Position numbers and translations under genes: made by a program. Positions 8,786-16,431 of a DNA stretch of 31,179 nucleotides are shown piece after piece. This DNA comes from a virus. Its lineage: Duplodnaviria; Heunggongvirae; Uroviricota; Caudoviricetes. The stretch lies in IMG/VR virus record IMGVR_UViG_2579779052_000007; one strand, given 5' to 3'. The notes beneath the pieces were generated by a model. It made no database searches. It was given only the letters and a program-made list of their open reading frames with translations, and was not told where the DNA came from. Position 1 is the stretch's first letter; every line of letters begins with the position of its first letter.

Positions 8786-9835
8786 ATGCTTAATACTGTA
8801 AAAATATCCAGTTGTGAGTTAATCAACGCCGACTGCCTGGAATTTATCCGGTCGTTACCCGAAAATTCTGTTGACCTGATAGTCACGGACCCGCCGTACT
8901 TTAAAGTGAAGCCTGAGGGCTGGGATAACCAGTGGAAGGGCGACGATGATTACCTGAAGTGGCTGGACCAGTGTCTGGCGCAGTTCTGGCGGGTGCTGAA
9001 ACCTGTCGGAAGTCTTTACCTGTTCTGTGGTCATCGCCTGGCATCTGATATCGAAATCATGATGCGTGAACGCTTCAGTGTGCTGAACCATATTATCTGG
9101 GCGAAGCCGTCCGGACGCTGGAACGGATGCAACAAGGAAAGCCTGCGGGCGTATTTCCCCGCCACAGAGCGCATTCTGTTCGCGGAACATTATCAGGGGC
9201 CGTATCGTCCGAAAGATGCCGGGTATGCGGCGAAGGGCAGTGCACTGAAACAGCATGTGATGGCCCCGCTGATTTCTTACTTTCGTGATGCGCGCGCTGC
9301 CCTGGGGATAACGGCAAAACAGATTGCAGATGCCACAGGAAAGAAAAACATGGTGTCGCACTGGTTCAGTGCCAGTCAGTGGCAGCTACCGAACGAAAGC
9401 GATTATCTGAAATTACAGTCGCTGTTTGCCCGGGTGGCAGAAGAGAAACATCAGCGCGGTGAACTGGAAAAGCCCCACCACCAGCTGGTGGATACGTATA
9501 CGTCACTGAACCGGCAGTATGTGGAGCTGCAGAGTGAATATAAGCATCTGCGGCGGTATTTTGGTGTGACGGCGCAGGTGCCGTACACGGATGTGTGGAC
9601 ACATAAACCGGTGCAGTTCTATCCCGGGAAACATCCGTGCGAAAAACCGGCAGAAATGCTGCAGCAGATAATCAGCGCAAGCAGTCGTCCGGGTGACCTG
9701 GTTGCAGATTTTTTTATGGGCTCAGGTTCAACGGTAAAAGCGGCACTGGCGCTTGGGCGTCGTGCGATTGGCGTTGAACTGGAGACCGGACGTTTTGAGC
9801 AGACAGTCAGGGAAGTTCAGGATTTAATCGTTTGA
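8786..9835 (+). CDS. Orphan DNA methyltransferase (N6-adenine/N4-cytosine family, DPPY motif)
   Basis: DPPY catalytic motif near the N-terminus (VTDPPYF) and a C-terminal AdoMet-binding-like FFMGSGST; no adjacent restriction endonuclease. Confidence 0.8.
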   Translation: MLNTVKISSCELINADCLEFIRSLPENSVDLIVTDPPYFKVKPEGWDNQWKGDDDYLKWLDQCLAQFWRVLKPVGSLYLFCGHRLASDIEIMMRERFSVLNHIIWAKPSGRWNGCNKESLRAYFPATERILFAEHYQGPYRPKDAGYAAKGSALKQHVMAPLISYFRDARAALGITAKQIADATGKKNMVSHWFSASQWQLPNESDYLKLQSLFARVAEEKHQRGELEKPHHQLVDTYTSLNRQYVELQSEYKHLRRYFGVTAQVPYTDVWTHKPVQFYPGKHPCEKPAEMLQQIISASSRPGDLVADFFMGSGSTVKAALALGRRAIGVELETGRFEQTVREVQDLIV

Positions 9836-9884
9836 AACGGATGAGATTGCAGAATTAATTACGCACCATTATTATTCTGCTCCC

Positions 9885-9960
9885 GGCCCTTTAGCTCAGT
9901 GGTGAGAGCGAGCGACTCATAATCGCCAGGTCGCTGGTTCAAATCCAGCAAGGGCCACCA
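9885..9960 (+). tRNA. ileZ: tRNA-Ile2 (anticodon CAU, lysidine type)
   Basis: 76 nt ending in CCA; anticodon loop CTCATAA; near-identical by eye to the remembered E. coli tRNA-Ile2. Confidence 0.8.
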
Positions 9961-9967
9961 TCACATA

Positions 9968-10044
9968 CCGCCATTAGCTCATCAGGAAAGAGCGCCAGCT
10001 TTCGAAGCTGGTTGCGCGGAGTTCGGGTCCCCGAAGGCGGTCCA
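9968..10044 (+). tRNA. argN: tRNA-Arg (anticodon UCG)
   Basis: 77 nt with CCA; D-arm AGCTCATCAGG...GAGC; anticodon loop TTTCGAA between a CCAGC/GCTGG stem. Confidence 0.65.
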
Positions 10045-10057
10045 TTATCTGTATCCT

Positions 10058-10134
10058 GCGTTGTTAGCTCAGCCGGACAGAGCAATTGCCTTCTAAGCAA
10101 TCGGTCACTGGTTCGAATCCAGTACAACGCGCCA
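10058..10134 (+). tRNA. argO: tRNA-Arg (anticodon UCU)
   Basis: 77 nt with CCA; anticodon loop CTTCTAA; T-loop GGTTCGAATCC; acceptor stem GCGTTGT/ACAACGC. Confidence 0.8.
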
Positions 10135-10149
10135 CACTTATTTTCCCTG

Positions 10150-10172
10150 GCTCGCTTTTGCGGGCTTTTTTT
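10150..10172 (+). terminator. Rho-independent terminator after the tRNA cluster
   Basis: GCTCGC-TTTT-GCGGGC hairpin followed by T7. Confidence 0.5.
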
Positions 10173-10178
10173 AAATGT

Positions 10179-10392
10179 CTCACAATTCAGGCGGTTGACT
10201 GTTGTCTGGTTTGCGGGGAGTTTGTTAAAAGAAACTGGCATGGTGAATCCCCCTGTGCGGAGGGGCAATCAGCGAGTAGGTATATGGGATAATCGCGGAT
10301 TCAGGTGCTGGTACTGAATTCACCGGGAGGCACCCAGCACCATGCAATGGCACATAGCGCCACTCTCCAGCCCCTCTCCGGAGGGGCTTTTC
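10179..10392 (+). ncRNA. Candidate small RNA / late-promoter-terminator unit, copy 1
   Basis: Conserved CTCACAATTCAG box, TTGACT at 10195-10200, flanking inverted repeat GCATGGTG (10238-10245) / CACCATGC (10338-10345), terminator CCCCTC-TCCG-GAGGGG plus T-run at 10371-10392; no convincing ORF. Confidence 0.35.
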
Positions 10393-10646
10393 TGTGCCGG
10401 ATACATCACAGTTTCTGGAACCTTAGGTACTACAGTATCAGTCAGGGTGCTATATTTTCAGATGTGATGAAAGCCTGTCAGCAGGCAGGGCGTATCGGAA
10501 ATGACCCAGTAGAGAAAACGTTGACTCAGATACCGGTGCTGAGTTACCGGGAAACCGGCATCACATGACCGCTATCCTTCCAGGCCCATCCGCTCCGGTG
10601 GGCCTTTTTACTGCAGAAAACAGGTTCCCCGTTAAATGCTATGTTG

Positions 10647-10880
10647 CTCACAATTCAGTAAGTTGACAGTTGCCTGTCAGACTGGGCATTTGTTAAAAAA
10701 ATTTCGCATGGTGAATCCCCCTGAGCGGAGGGGCGACTGGTGACGGTATAATCTCTGATTATCAAAACGAGAATGACGCGGGTTTAGTGGCACCGGGCTG
10801 AACTCACCGGGAGGCACCCGGCACCATGTGCATGATGATACAGATACGCGGCTTTAGCCCCTCTCCGGAGGGGTTTTCTT
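10647..10880 (+). ncRNA. Candidate small RNA / late-promoter-terminator unit, copy 2 (paralogue of 10179-10392)
   Basis: Same architecture: CTCACAATTCAG, TTGACA at 10663-10668, GCATGGTG (10706-10713) / CACCATG (10822-10828), TATAAT at 10747-10752, terminator at 10858-10880. Confidence 0.35.
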
Positions 10881-11108
10881 GTGGGCAAAAAAAGCCCGCG
10901 CTGGGAGACGCGGGCGGCAAGGAATAAACAATAAAACGTGAAGTAATATTTCAGCTGGCGAATAATATCCGACAGTAATCACTCTGCGCAATAGCGCGGC
11001 CTTTTTCGTATTGCGGGCTGTTGTCTCTCTTCTGCCATTGTCCTGTAACTTCCGGACTTCAGCCCGCTCCTCATTTTACTCACAATATTATCCCGGCCGG
11101 GAGGATTC

Positions 11109-12962
11109 ATGGCATTTAAACACTATGATGTTGTCAGGGCGGCGTCGCCGTCAGATCTTGCGGAAAAGCTGACACATAAACTGAAAGAGGGCTGGCAGCC
11201 GTTTGGTAGTCCGGTGGCCATAACCCCTTATACCCTGATGCAGGCGATTGCAGCAGAAGGTGATGTGGTCGTCAGTGGTGCAACTGAGCCGGAGTGGTAC
11301 TACGTCATCGTACTGGCCGGGCAGTCCAATGCCATGGCTTACGGTGAAGGGCTTCCGCTTCCGGATTCATACGATGCGCCCCATCCGCGCATTAAGCAAC
11401 TGGCCCGTCGTAACACAGTGACTCCCGGTGGTGAAGTATGCGTATTTAACGACATCATTCCTGCTGACCATTGTCTGCATGATGTTCAGGATATGAGTAC
11501 GATTAACCATCCCCGGGCTGACCTGAGCAAAGGGCAGTACGGCTGTGTCGGACAGGGCTTACATATTGCCAAAAAACTGCTTCCGTATATCCCTAATAAT
11601 GCGGGGATCCTGCTGGTACCATGCTGTCGTGGTGGTTCGGCATTCACCCAGGGCGCGGAGGGGACATTCAGTGCGGACACGGGGGCCAGCCAGGATTCGG
11701 CACGCTGGGGTGTGGGTAAACCGTTATATCAGGATCTGCTTTTCCGCACGAAGGCAGCATTGCAGAAAAACCCGAAAAACGTTTTGCTGGCGATATGCTG
11801 GATGCAGGGGGAATTCGATATGACGAATGCCAGTTACGCCCAGCAGCCAGCAGCATTTCTTGCAATGGTACAGCAGTTCCGTGCTGACCTTACCGGGCTG
11901 GCGGCGCAGTGCCATGGCGGCAGTGCTGCAGTTGTACCGTGGATTTGTGGCGACACGACGTATTACTGGCAAAACACATACGGCACACAGTATGACTCCG
12001 TCTACGGCGCGTACAAAAACAGGGAGAGCGACAACGTTTTCTTTGTGCCGTTCATGACCGACGGTAACGGCAACAACACGCCCACCAACTTACCGGCAGA
12101 AGACCCGGATATTGCTGATGCAGGTTATTACGGCGCGCAATCCCGTAGTAATGGTAATTGGGTATCGTCAAATCGTCCGACACATTTCAGTTCATGGGCG
12201 CGCAGGGGCATTATTTCGGATCGCCTGGCAACCGCTATTCTGAACGCAGTTGGTCGAACCAGCGCCTTCATCAGCGGTACCGCACCGGAGATTAAACCCT
12301 CGCCCGGCGGCGACACTCCATCGGGGCCGTCTGATGGTGACACATCCGTTCGTACAGTCTCCCTGCTGCCGACAGCCGGAGAGGCTGCTGCGCAGGGCTG
12401 GACCATCACCGGCGGCAGTGTTGCGCTGGAAGATGGTGTGTTTAAGGTTACCAAGCAGAGCAATAAAACCTGGTCCCTGATGCATCCGGTGGATGACGCA
12501 GTCTCCCTGCTGACACGGGGTGGCAGACTGAGCTGTAAGTTTCGACTGTCAGGCGCACTGACCAACAACCAGTTCGGTCTGGGAATTTATCTGTATACCG
12601 ATGTAGCGTTACCTGACGTCGTGGCGATGACCGGGACTGGTAACCCGTTCCTGATGTCGTTCTTCACCCAGACCACAGACGGCAAACTGAATCTGATGCA
12701 TCACAAGAAAGCAGGAAACACAAAGTTGGGCGAGTTCGGGAATTACAGTAACGACTGGCAGACGCTGGAGCTGGTGTTCACCGCCAGCAGTGCCACGGTT
12801 ACTCCGAAACTGAATGGAGTGGCTGGCCCGGCATTCCAGGTCATAAAAGACAGTCTGACACTGGGGCTGAATGCACTGACGCTGACGGATATTACCAAAA
12901 ATGCAACGTATGGCGTTGAGATAGAAAGTCTGGTGCTGGAAATAAATAGTCCTGCAGCGTAA
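11109..12962 (+). CDS. nanS-p: NanS-p-type sialate O-acetylesterase (SGNH/SASA domain with C-terminal carbohydrate-binding-like region)
   Basis: 617 aa; GGAGG RBS; VIVLAGQSNAMAY motif of the SGNH/SASA esterase family; sits downstream of the phage tRNA cluster as the esterase gene does in Stx phages. Confidence 0.75.
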   Translation: MAFKHYDVVRAASPSDLAEKLTHKLKEGWQPFGSPVAITPYTLMQAIAAEGDVVVSGATEPEWYYVIVLAGQSNAMAYGEGLPLPDSYDAPHPRIKQLARRNTVTPGGEVCVFNDIIPADHCLHDVQDMSTINHPRADLSKGQYGCVGQGLHIAKKLLPYIPNNAGILLVPCCRGGSAFTQGAEGTFSADTGASQDSARWGVGKPLYQDLLFRTKAALQKNPKNVLLAICWMQGEFDMTNASYAQQPAAFLAMVQQFRADLTGLAAQCHGGSAAVVPWICGDTTYYWQNTYGTQYDSVYGAYKNRESDNVFFVPFMTDGNGNNTPTNLPAEDPDIADAGYYGAQSRSNGNWVSSNRPTHFSSWARRGIISDRLATAILNAVGRTSAFISGTAPEIKPSPGGDTPSGPSDGDTSVRTVSLLPTAGEAAAQGWTITGGSVALEDGVFKVTKQSNKTWSLMHPVDDAVSLLTRGGRLSCKFRLSGALTNNQFGLGIYLYTDVALPDVVAMTGTGNPFLMSFFTQTTDGKLNLMHHKKAGNTKLGEFGNYSNDWQTLELVFTASSATVTPKLNGVAGPAFQVIKDSLTLGLNALTLTDITKNATYGVEIESLVLEINSPAA

Positions 12963-12985
12963 GGAAGAACAGGAGAGCAAAACAG

Positions 12986-13453
12986 ATGCTTAAGACAAAC
13001 AGCCTCCGGAAGGGCATGATTCATGGGTGTCGCTGGTGTCAGGCCAACCCGGAAAAATTCACCATTTTCGTGGAGAGCGGCAACATTGAAACGACCGGAG
13101 AAACGCCCTCGTTTGTTTACCGCTATCAGATGGTGATGTTTGTCATGGATTACGCCGGGGAGCTGGACGACCTCACGCTGCCGCTACTGGCGTGGTTATC
13201 CGAAAATCAGCCGCAATTGTTGCTTAATCCGGAGCGTAATCAGGACATCAAATTCTCCGCCGTTATCAATGACGATGACAGCGCCGATCTCCTGTTTACG
13301 CTCCCTCTGCGGGAACGCGTTCGCATCACGCGCAGCAGTCAGGGGGCACCGCAGGCAGAACACCTGCAGGAGCCAAAACCCCGTCTGCCATCTTCCGAAG
13401 GCGACTGGTCGCATGTATTCCAGGATGTGACGTGGGGTGAAAGCGATGGATAA
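12986..13453 (+). CDS. R: P2 gpR-like tail completion protein
   Basis: 155 aa, the same length as P2 R, with recognisable similarity (LLAWL.ENQP segment); precedes an S-like gene. Confidence 0.65.
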   Translation: MLKTNSLRKGMIHGCRWCQANPEKFTIFVESGNIETTGETPSFVYRYQMVMFVMDYAGELDDLTLPLLAWLSENQPQLLLNPERNQDIKFSAVINDDDSADLLFTLPLRERVRITRSSQGAPQAEHLQEPKPRLPSSEGDWSHVFQDVTWGESDG

Positions 13454-14081
13454 GGCATTCACCCGCGTGGATGAAACCTTTGAGGCTATCCGCGACAGCC
13501 TGAATCAGCAGGCCATCAATAACATCGCCAGAAAGCTGGCACAGGATTTACGCCGCGCCCAGCAGGCGCGTATCCGGTCACAGAAAGCGCCGGACGGGAC
13601 CGCGTGGACACCACGCAGACGCCGCGTAACCCGGATACAGGAGCGCATTCGCTTTATCTGGAATAACGAAGCACGCACGCTGAAAAACTGGCATCACGAC
13701 ACGGGGAAATACGGGCGAACCATTACCGGGTGGGATGAGGATAAAAACAATATCCGCACGTTTTACCGGGATGACATCGACCGCTTTCTGGAAATACGCA
13801 CCCGGCGCATCAACCAGGACAGCACAAAGCGCGTCCCCATGTTCGTAAAACTGCGCACCGCCCGCTACCTGAAAGCCCGTGCAGATGCTTCCGGTGTGAC
13901 GGTGGGTTACAGCGGCGTGGCCGCACGTATTGCCCGCGTTCATCAGTTCGGTGAGCGCGATCAGGTTGCGCCGGGCATTTTCACCGATTACCCGGTACGT
14001 GAGCTGTTGGGCATCAGTCAGGCAGATGAACGCCTGATTTATAACACGGTGCTGGGCCGGATTGCGGAGGCTGTACGGTGA
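13446..14081 (+). CDS. S: P2 gpS-like tail completion / virion morphogenesis protein
   Basis: Overlaps the R stop and the V start (GTGA); start is either ATG 13446 or GTG 13437. Confidence 0.65.
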   Translation: MDKAFTRVDETFEAIRDSLNQQAINNIARKLAQDLRRAQQARIRSQKAPDGTAWTPRRRRVTRIQERIRFIWNNEARTLKNWHHDTGKYGRTITGWDEDKNNIRTFYRDDIDRFLEIRTRRINQDSTKRVPMFVKLRTARYLKARADASGVTVGYSGVAARIARVHQFGERDQVAPGIFTDYPVRELLGISQADERLIYNTVLGRIAEAVR

Positions 14082-14659
14082 GCGCAGAACTCATGCGACT
14101 GCTGAGCAACATCATCCGCACTGGGATCATCTCTGAAGTTGATGAGAAGTCCTGGTGCGTGCGCGTTCGCAGCGGCGAACTGGAAACAGGCTGGTTGCGC
14201 TGGAACACCACGCGCGCGGGAGCCTTCAATGTGTGGCTGCCGCCATCACCCGGCGAACAGGTGGTAATTGCCTGCATTGGCGGCAACCCGGAAACCGCCA
14301 TGATAATTGGCAGCCTGTGGAGTGATGCCAATCCGGCCCCCGGCAAAAGCCTGAAAGAAATCGTGGTCAGCGCGCCGGATGGCGCGGTGTTCCGCTACGA
14401 CGCGGACGCAGGCGCACTGAGCGCCAGCGGCATGAAAACGGCCACCCTGCAGGCATCCGTCAGTGTGACACTGGACACGCCCGTCGTGGAATGCACAGAC
14501 CTTCTGAGAACGGCGACGCTTGACGTCACAAAAGGGGGAAAGATGAGCGGCAATATCACGCACAGCGGCGGCAATTTCACCTCAAACGGCATCACAGTGC
14601 ATACGCATAAACACGGTGGCGTGAAAGGTGGCAGCGATTCGACAGGAGGCCCGCAGTGA
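14078..14659 (+). CDS. V: Baseplate spike protein, P2 gpV-like
   Basis: GTG start overlapping the S stop; GGAGG RBS; glycine-rich C-terminus typical of gpV spikes. Confidence 0.8.
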   Translation: MSAELMRLLSNIIRTGIISEVDEKSWCVRVRSGELETGWLRWNTTRAGAFNVWLPPSPGEQVVIACIGGNPETAMIIGSLWSDANPAPGKSLKEIVVSAPDGAVFRYDADAGALSASGMKTATLQASVSVTLDTPVVECTDLLRTATLDVTKGGKMSGNITHSGGNFTSNGITVHTHKHGGVKGGSDSTGGPQ

Positions 14660-15006
14660 CAACCCGCTACACAGGAATGAACCCGGACGGAACGGGAAAC
14701 CTGAACGATATGGAGCATCTGAAACAGTCAGTCAGGGACATCCTGACCACCCCGCTGGCAAGCCGGGTTATGCGACGGGAATATGGCAGCCTTGTGCCCG
14801 ATTTAATTGACGAACCCATGAATAACACCACTCGTCTGCAATGCATGAGTGCTGCCGTGATTGCGCTGACACGATGGGAACCCCGCATTGCCCTGGACGC
14901 CATCGACGTTGTCTGGAAGGCAGGAGGCCGCGCCGGGGTGACGCTGTCGGGCACTGTCATGCAGACCATGCAGAATGTTGAATTAACCATCACGCTGAGG
15001 GAGTAA
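14656..15006 (+). CDS. W: Baseplate protein, P2 gpW-like (gp25 family)
   Basis: 116 aa; GTG start overlapping the V stop; AGGAGG RBS; P2 gene order. Confidence 0.8.
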   Translation: MTTRYTGMNPDGTGNLNDMEHLKQSVRDILTTPLASRVMRREYGSLVPDLIDEPMNNTTRLQCMSAAVIALTRWEPRIALDAIDVVWKAGGRAGVTLSGTVMQTMQNVELTITLRE

Positions 15007-15009
15007 ATC

Positions 15010-15906
15010 ATGCCTGCCGTTGACCTTTCCCAGTTACCGGAACCCGCCATCATCGCGGAGCCTGACTTTGAGGCAATTCTGGCTGACACAAAGGCCATGA
15101 TGATTGCGTCCTATCCTGTCGAACAGCGTGAAGCCGTCTCCGCCGCGCTGGAGCTGGAATCGGAACCCCTGAACGTTATCGCCCAGACAACAGCGTTTCG
15201 TGAAATGCTGTTACGCCAGCGGGTCAATGAGGGGGCACGCGCCTGCATGTTAAGCCACAGCGCCGGGACAGACCTGGACAACCTCGCGGGCAATATGAAC
15301 ACAAAGCGCCTGACCATCACTCCGGCAACGGATACCACCGACGCAGTGATGGAAAGTGACACCTCGCTGAGACTGCGGGCGCAGCGGGCGTACGATGGCC
15401 TGAGTGTTGCTGGCCCGTCAGGTGCATACGAGTATTTTGCCCGCAGCGCCAGCGGTCTGGTGCGTGATGCGCGGGCTATCAGTCCGTCTCCGGCAAATGT
15501 GACGGTTTCCATCCTGTCCACTGAAGGCGACGGCACAGCAACGGAGGCGTTGCTTAATACCGTTCGCGCCGTTCTGAATGCAGAGGATACCCGCCCGGTG
15601 GCCGACCGCCTGACGGTACAGAGCGCCAGAATCGTGACATGGCGGCTGAATGCAAAACTGTACTTTTACCCCGGCCCGGAATCCGAACCTATTCTGGCGG
15701 CGGCTGAATCGTCGTTCAGGAAGTGGCTGGCTGAGCAGGGGCTTATCGGTCAGGACGTGGCGTTGTCCGCCATTGCTGCCGCACTGCATGTGCACGGTGT
15801 GCAACGCGTGGAGATAATCGAACCCACACAGAATATGGCCATCAGCGACATACAGGCGGCGCGCTGTGAGTCGTTCACCATCAGCGAAGGTGGGCGCAAT
15901 GAGTAA
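15010..15906 (+). CDS. J: Baseplate assembly protein, P2 gpJ-like
   Basis: 298 aa; RBS GAGGGAG; P2 size and order. Confidence 0.85.
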   Translation: MPAVDLSQLPEPAIIAEPDFEAILADTKAMMIASYPVEQREAVSAALELESEPLNVIAQTTAFREMLLRQRVNEGARACMLSHSAGTDLDNLAGNMNTKRLTITPATDTTDAVMESDTSLRLRAQRAYDGLSVAGPSGAYEYFARSASGLVRDARAISPSPANVTVSILSTEGDGTATEALLNTVRAVLNAEDTRPVADRLTVQSARIVTWRLNAKLYFYPGPESEPILAAAESSFRKWLAEQGLIGQDVALSAIAAALHVHGVQRVEIIEPTQNMAISDIQAARCESFTISEGGRNE

Positions 15907-16429
15907 TTCACTGTTACCACCATCAGCCAGCAGTTTCATGCGTTGTGCCGAAGCTGTCGGAACGCGCATTACAGACATCCCGGTAGACCTCAACACGCTG
16001 TGGTCGCCGGACACCTGCCCGGTGCACCTGCTGCCTTATCTCGCCTGGGCATTTTCCGTTGACCGCTGGGATCGCAACTGGCCGGAAGAGACAAAACGAC
16101 AGGTGATTCGTGATGCATGGCTGATACACCGACACAAAGGGACCATCAGCGCACTGCGCAGGGCCATTGAGCCGCTGGGATACCTCATTCGCGTGTCTGA
16201 GTGGTGGGAGTTCGGCGGAGAACCGGGAACATTTACCGTTGAAGTCGGCACACTGGACAGTGGCGTGACGGAGGAAATGTATCTGGAAATGGAGCGGTTG
16301 ATTGCTGATGCCCGTCCGGTCAGCCGCCACATGACAGGGCTGAATATCATTCAGGAAATTCCGGGGGATATTTTTGCAGCGGCGGCAACTCATGACGGTG
16401 AAGTTATTACCATTTATCCGGACGATTAA
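15899..16429 (+). CDS. I: Baseplate/tail protein, P2 gpI-like
   Basis: 176 aa, the same length as P2 I; start overlaps the J stop (ATGAGTAA). Confidence 0.8.
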   Translation: MSNSLLPPSASSFMRCAEAVGTRITDIPVDLNTLWSPDTCPVHLLPYLAWAFSVDRWDRNWPEETKRQVIRDAWLIHRHKGTISALRRAIEPLGYLIRVSEWWEFGGEPGTFTVEVGTLDSGVTEEMYLEMERLIADARPVSRHMTGLNIIQEIPGDIFAAAATHDGEVITIYPDD

Positions 16430-16431
16430 GC

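Noticed and set aside
10305-10568. 87-aa plus-strand ORF in the region between the tRNAs and the esterase gene
   Set aside because: It starts inside the terminator-bounded unit 1 and runs through its terminator hairpin; no RBS; compositionally non-coding. The region is interpreted as non-coding RNA or regulatory sequence.
10135-11108. Possible Shiga toxin genes downstream of the ileZ-argN-argO-type tRNA cluster
   Set aside because: No ORF of the size of StxA (about 315 aa) or StxB (about 89 aa) with a signal peptide exists in this interval; this looks like an stx-negative prophage.
11486-12568. Several 60-150-aa ORFs on both strands inside the esterase gene
   Set aside because: All are nested within or antisense to the 617-aa gene, which has a strong RBS and a catalytic motif; typical shadow ORFs of GC-rich coding sequence.
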